This document shows, piece after piece, positions 63,292 through 64,000 of a stretch of DNA of 64,000 bases. Source of the stretch: an uncultured Gammaproteobacteria bacterium. Lineage in GTDB: Bacteria > Pseudomonadota > Gammaproteobacteria > UBA9214. How positions within the stretch are numbered: position 1 is the stretch's first letter; every line of letters starts with the position of its first letter. The translations under genes were made by a program, and so were the position numbers. The notes beneath the pieces were generated by a model that made no database searches, was not told the origin of the DNA, and worked only from the letters and a program-made list of their open reading frames with translations. Where the stretch lies: assembly GCA_963768415.1 (NCBI GenBank), contig CAVYHX010000031.1:44980-108979 (forward strand), in the 5' to 3' direction.

Positions 63292-63972
63292 TTAACGCGC
63301 AATGAGCAGTCGCAGTCTGTCCCCGACTTTTTCCGCGTAATCCGCCAGGTCACCTACCCACTGTATGATTTGATACCACATCATCACGGAGACCGGCTTC
63401 ATGCCGTCTTCGTGCTTGAACAGGAGACGCGCAAGTTCCAGACCGAGTTCATCTGTTTCATCTTCAATCAGGTTCAATGTCTCGACCATCTCCTCGACCC
63501 GGTTCGCCTCGCGTCCGCGGAACCCCATTGCCAGCAACTCGTCAAGTTCTTCGATGACTTGTGCCGACTGGTCACAGGCGTCGACACAGCGGCGTGCCAG
63601 CGCCAGCATCGGCTCCTGCAGAACTTCCGGCAATTCCATGGGGCGCTCGACCAGCAAACCGGCAATATCCTGGGCTGTGTCAGCGATTGAATCCTGCATC
63701 TGCAGGACTTCCAGAAGGTCACGCCGGTCCACCGGCATGAACAGACTTTTTGGCAGGGCACCGCGCAATTCATTCTTGATTGTGTCAGCCGCGGCTTCCC
63801 GCTCAAAGATACGCTCCTTGATTGATGCCACACGGTCTTTATCGCCCGCGGCGAGGGCCTCGAATAAGGGCGGAATTTCGTGCGCACATTCCAGCGCGAC
63901 CCGCATATGGCGTTGCAATGCAGTAAAAGGTGACTTGCCGAACAGGTTTGCAAACGGATTTGTAGATGACAT
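63292..63972 (-). CDS. DUF47/TIGR00153 PhoU-like Pit accessory protein (YkaA-like)
   Basis: About 226 aa from MSSTNPFANLFGKSPF…; helical PhoU-like protein located upstream of and co-oriented with pitA, as in ykaA–pit pairs. Confidence 0.8.
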   Translation of the reverse strand: MSSTNPFANLFGKSPFTALQRHMRVALECAHEIPPLFEALAAGDKDRVASIKERIFEREAAADTIKNELRGALPKSLFMPVDRRDLLEVLQMQDSIADTAQDIAGLLVERPMELPEVLQEPMLALARRCVDACDQSAQVIEELDELLAMGFRGREANRVEEMVETLNLIEDETDELGLELARLLFKHEDGMKPVSVMMWYQIIQWVGDLADYAEKVGDRLRLLIAR

Positions 63973-64000
63973 GATTATTACCCCTGTAGACCTCATTCCA

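Overview
This window is a high-GC (~60%) gammaproteobacterial chromosomal segment, densely packed with conserved housekeeping genes in a Pseudomonas-like order. The order is ptsP(partial)–mgtE … pmbA/yjgA … tldD–CN-hydrolase–yhdP–rng–maf–rlmH–rsfS–nadD–proA–holA–lptE–leuS … lnt–corC–ybeY–ybeZ–miaB–[rnpB]–ppc … tcdA … slyD–yeiP–uup. A large phosphate-acquisition cluster sits at the 3' end (Na/Pi cotransporter, pstS–phoU-fusion–pstC–pstA–pstB1–pstB2–phoB–phoR, pitA, DUF47). One RNA gene is present, RNase P RNA on the minus strand at about 32.1–32.5 kb; no tRNA, rRNA, CRISPR, transposase or integrase was seen. Three features stand out. First, two tandem direct-repeat families occupy intergenic space, an 86-bp unit in 8 copies and a 53-bp unit present at two loci with a shared boundary palindrome. 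Second, the pst operon is unusual, with phoU second in the operon and fused to a catalytically dead LMW-PTP-like domain, and with tandem pstB genes carrying complementary degenerate ATPase motifs. Third, conserved genes (lnt, phoB, uup, leuS, tcdA, pstC, a histidine phosphatase) carry a clustered set of frameshifts or in-frame stops while long neighbouring genes are intact. From sequence alone these lesions could be local sequencing errors or real gene decay. A few AT-richer accessory-looking pockets hold a non-canonical 2-TM channel, a trypsin-like protease fusion, and a hypothetical/FKBP-like/methyltransferase trio.
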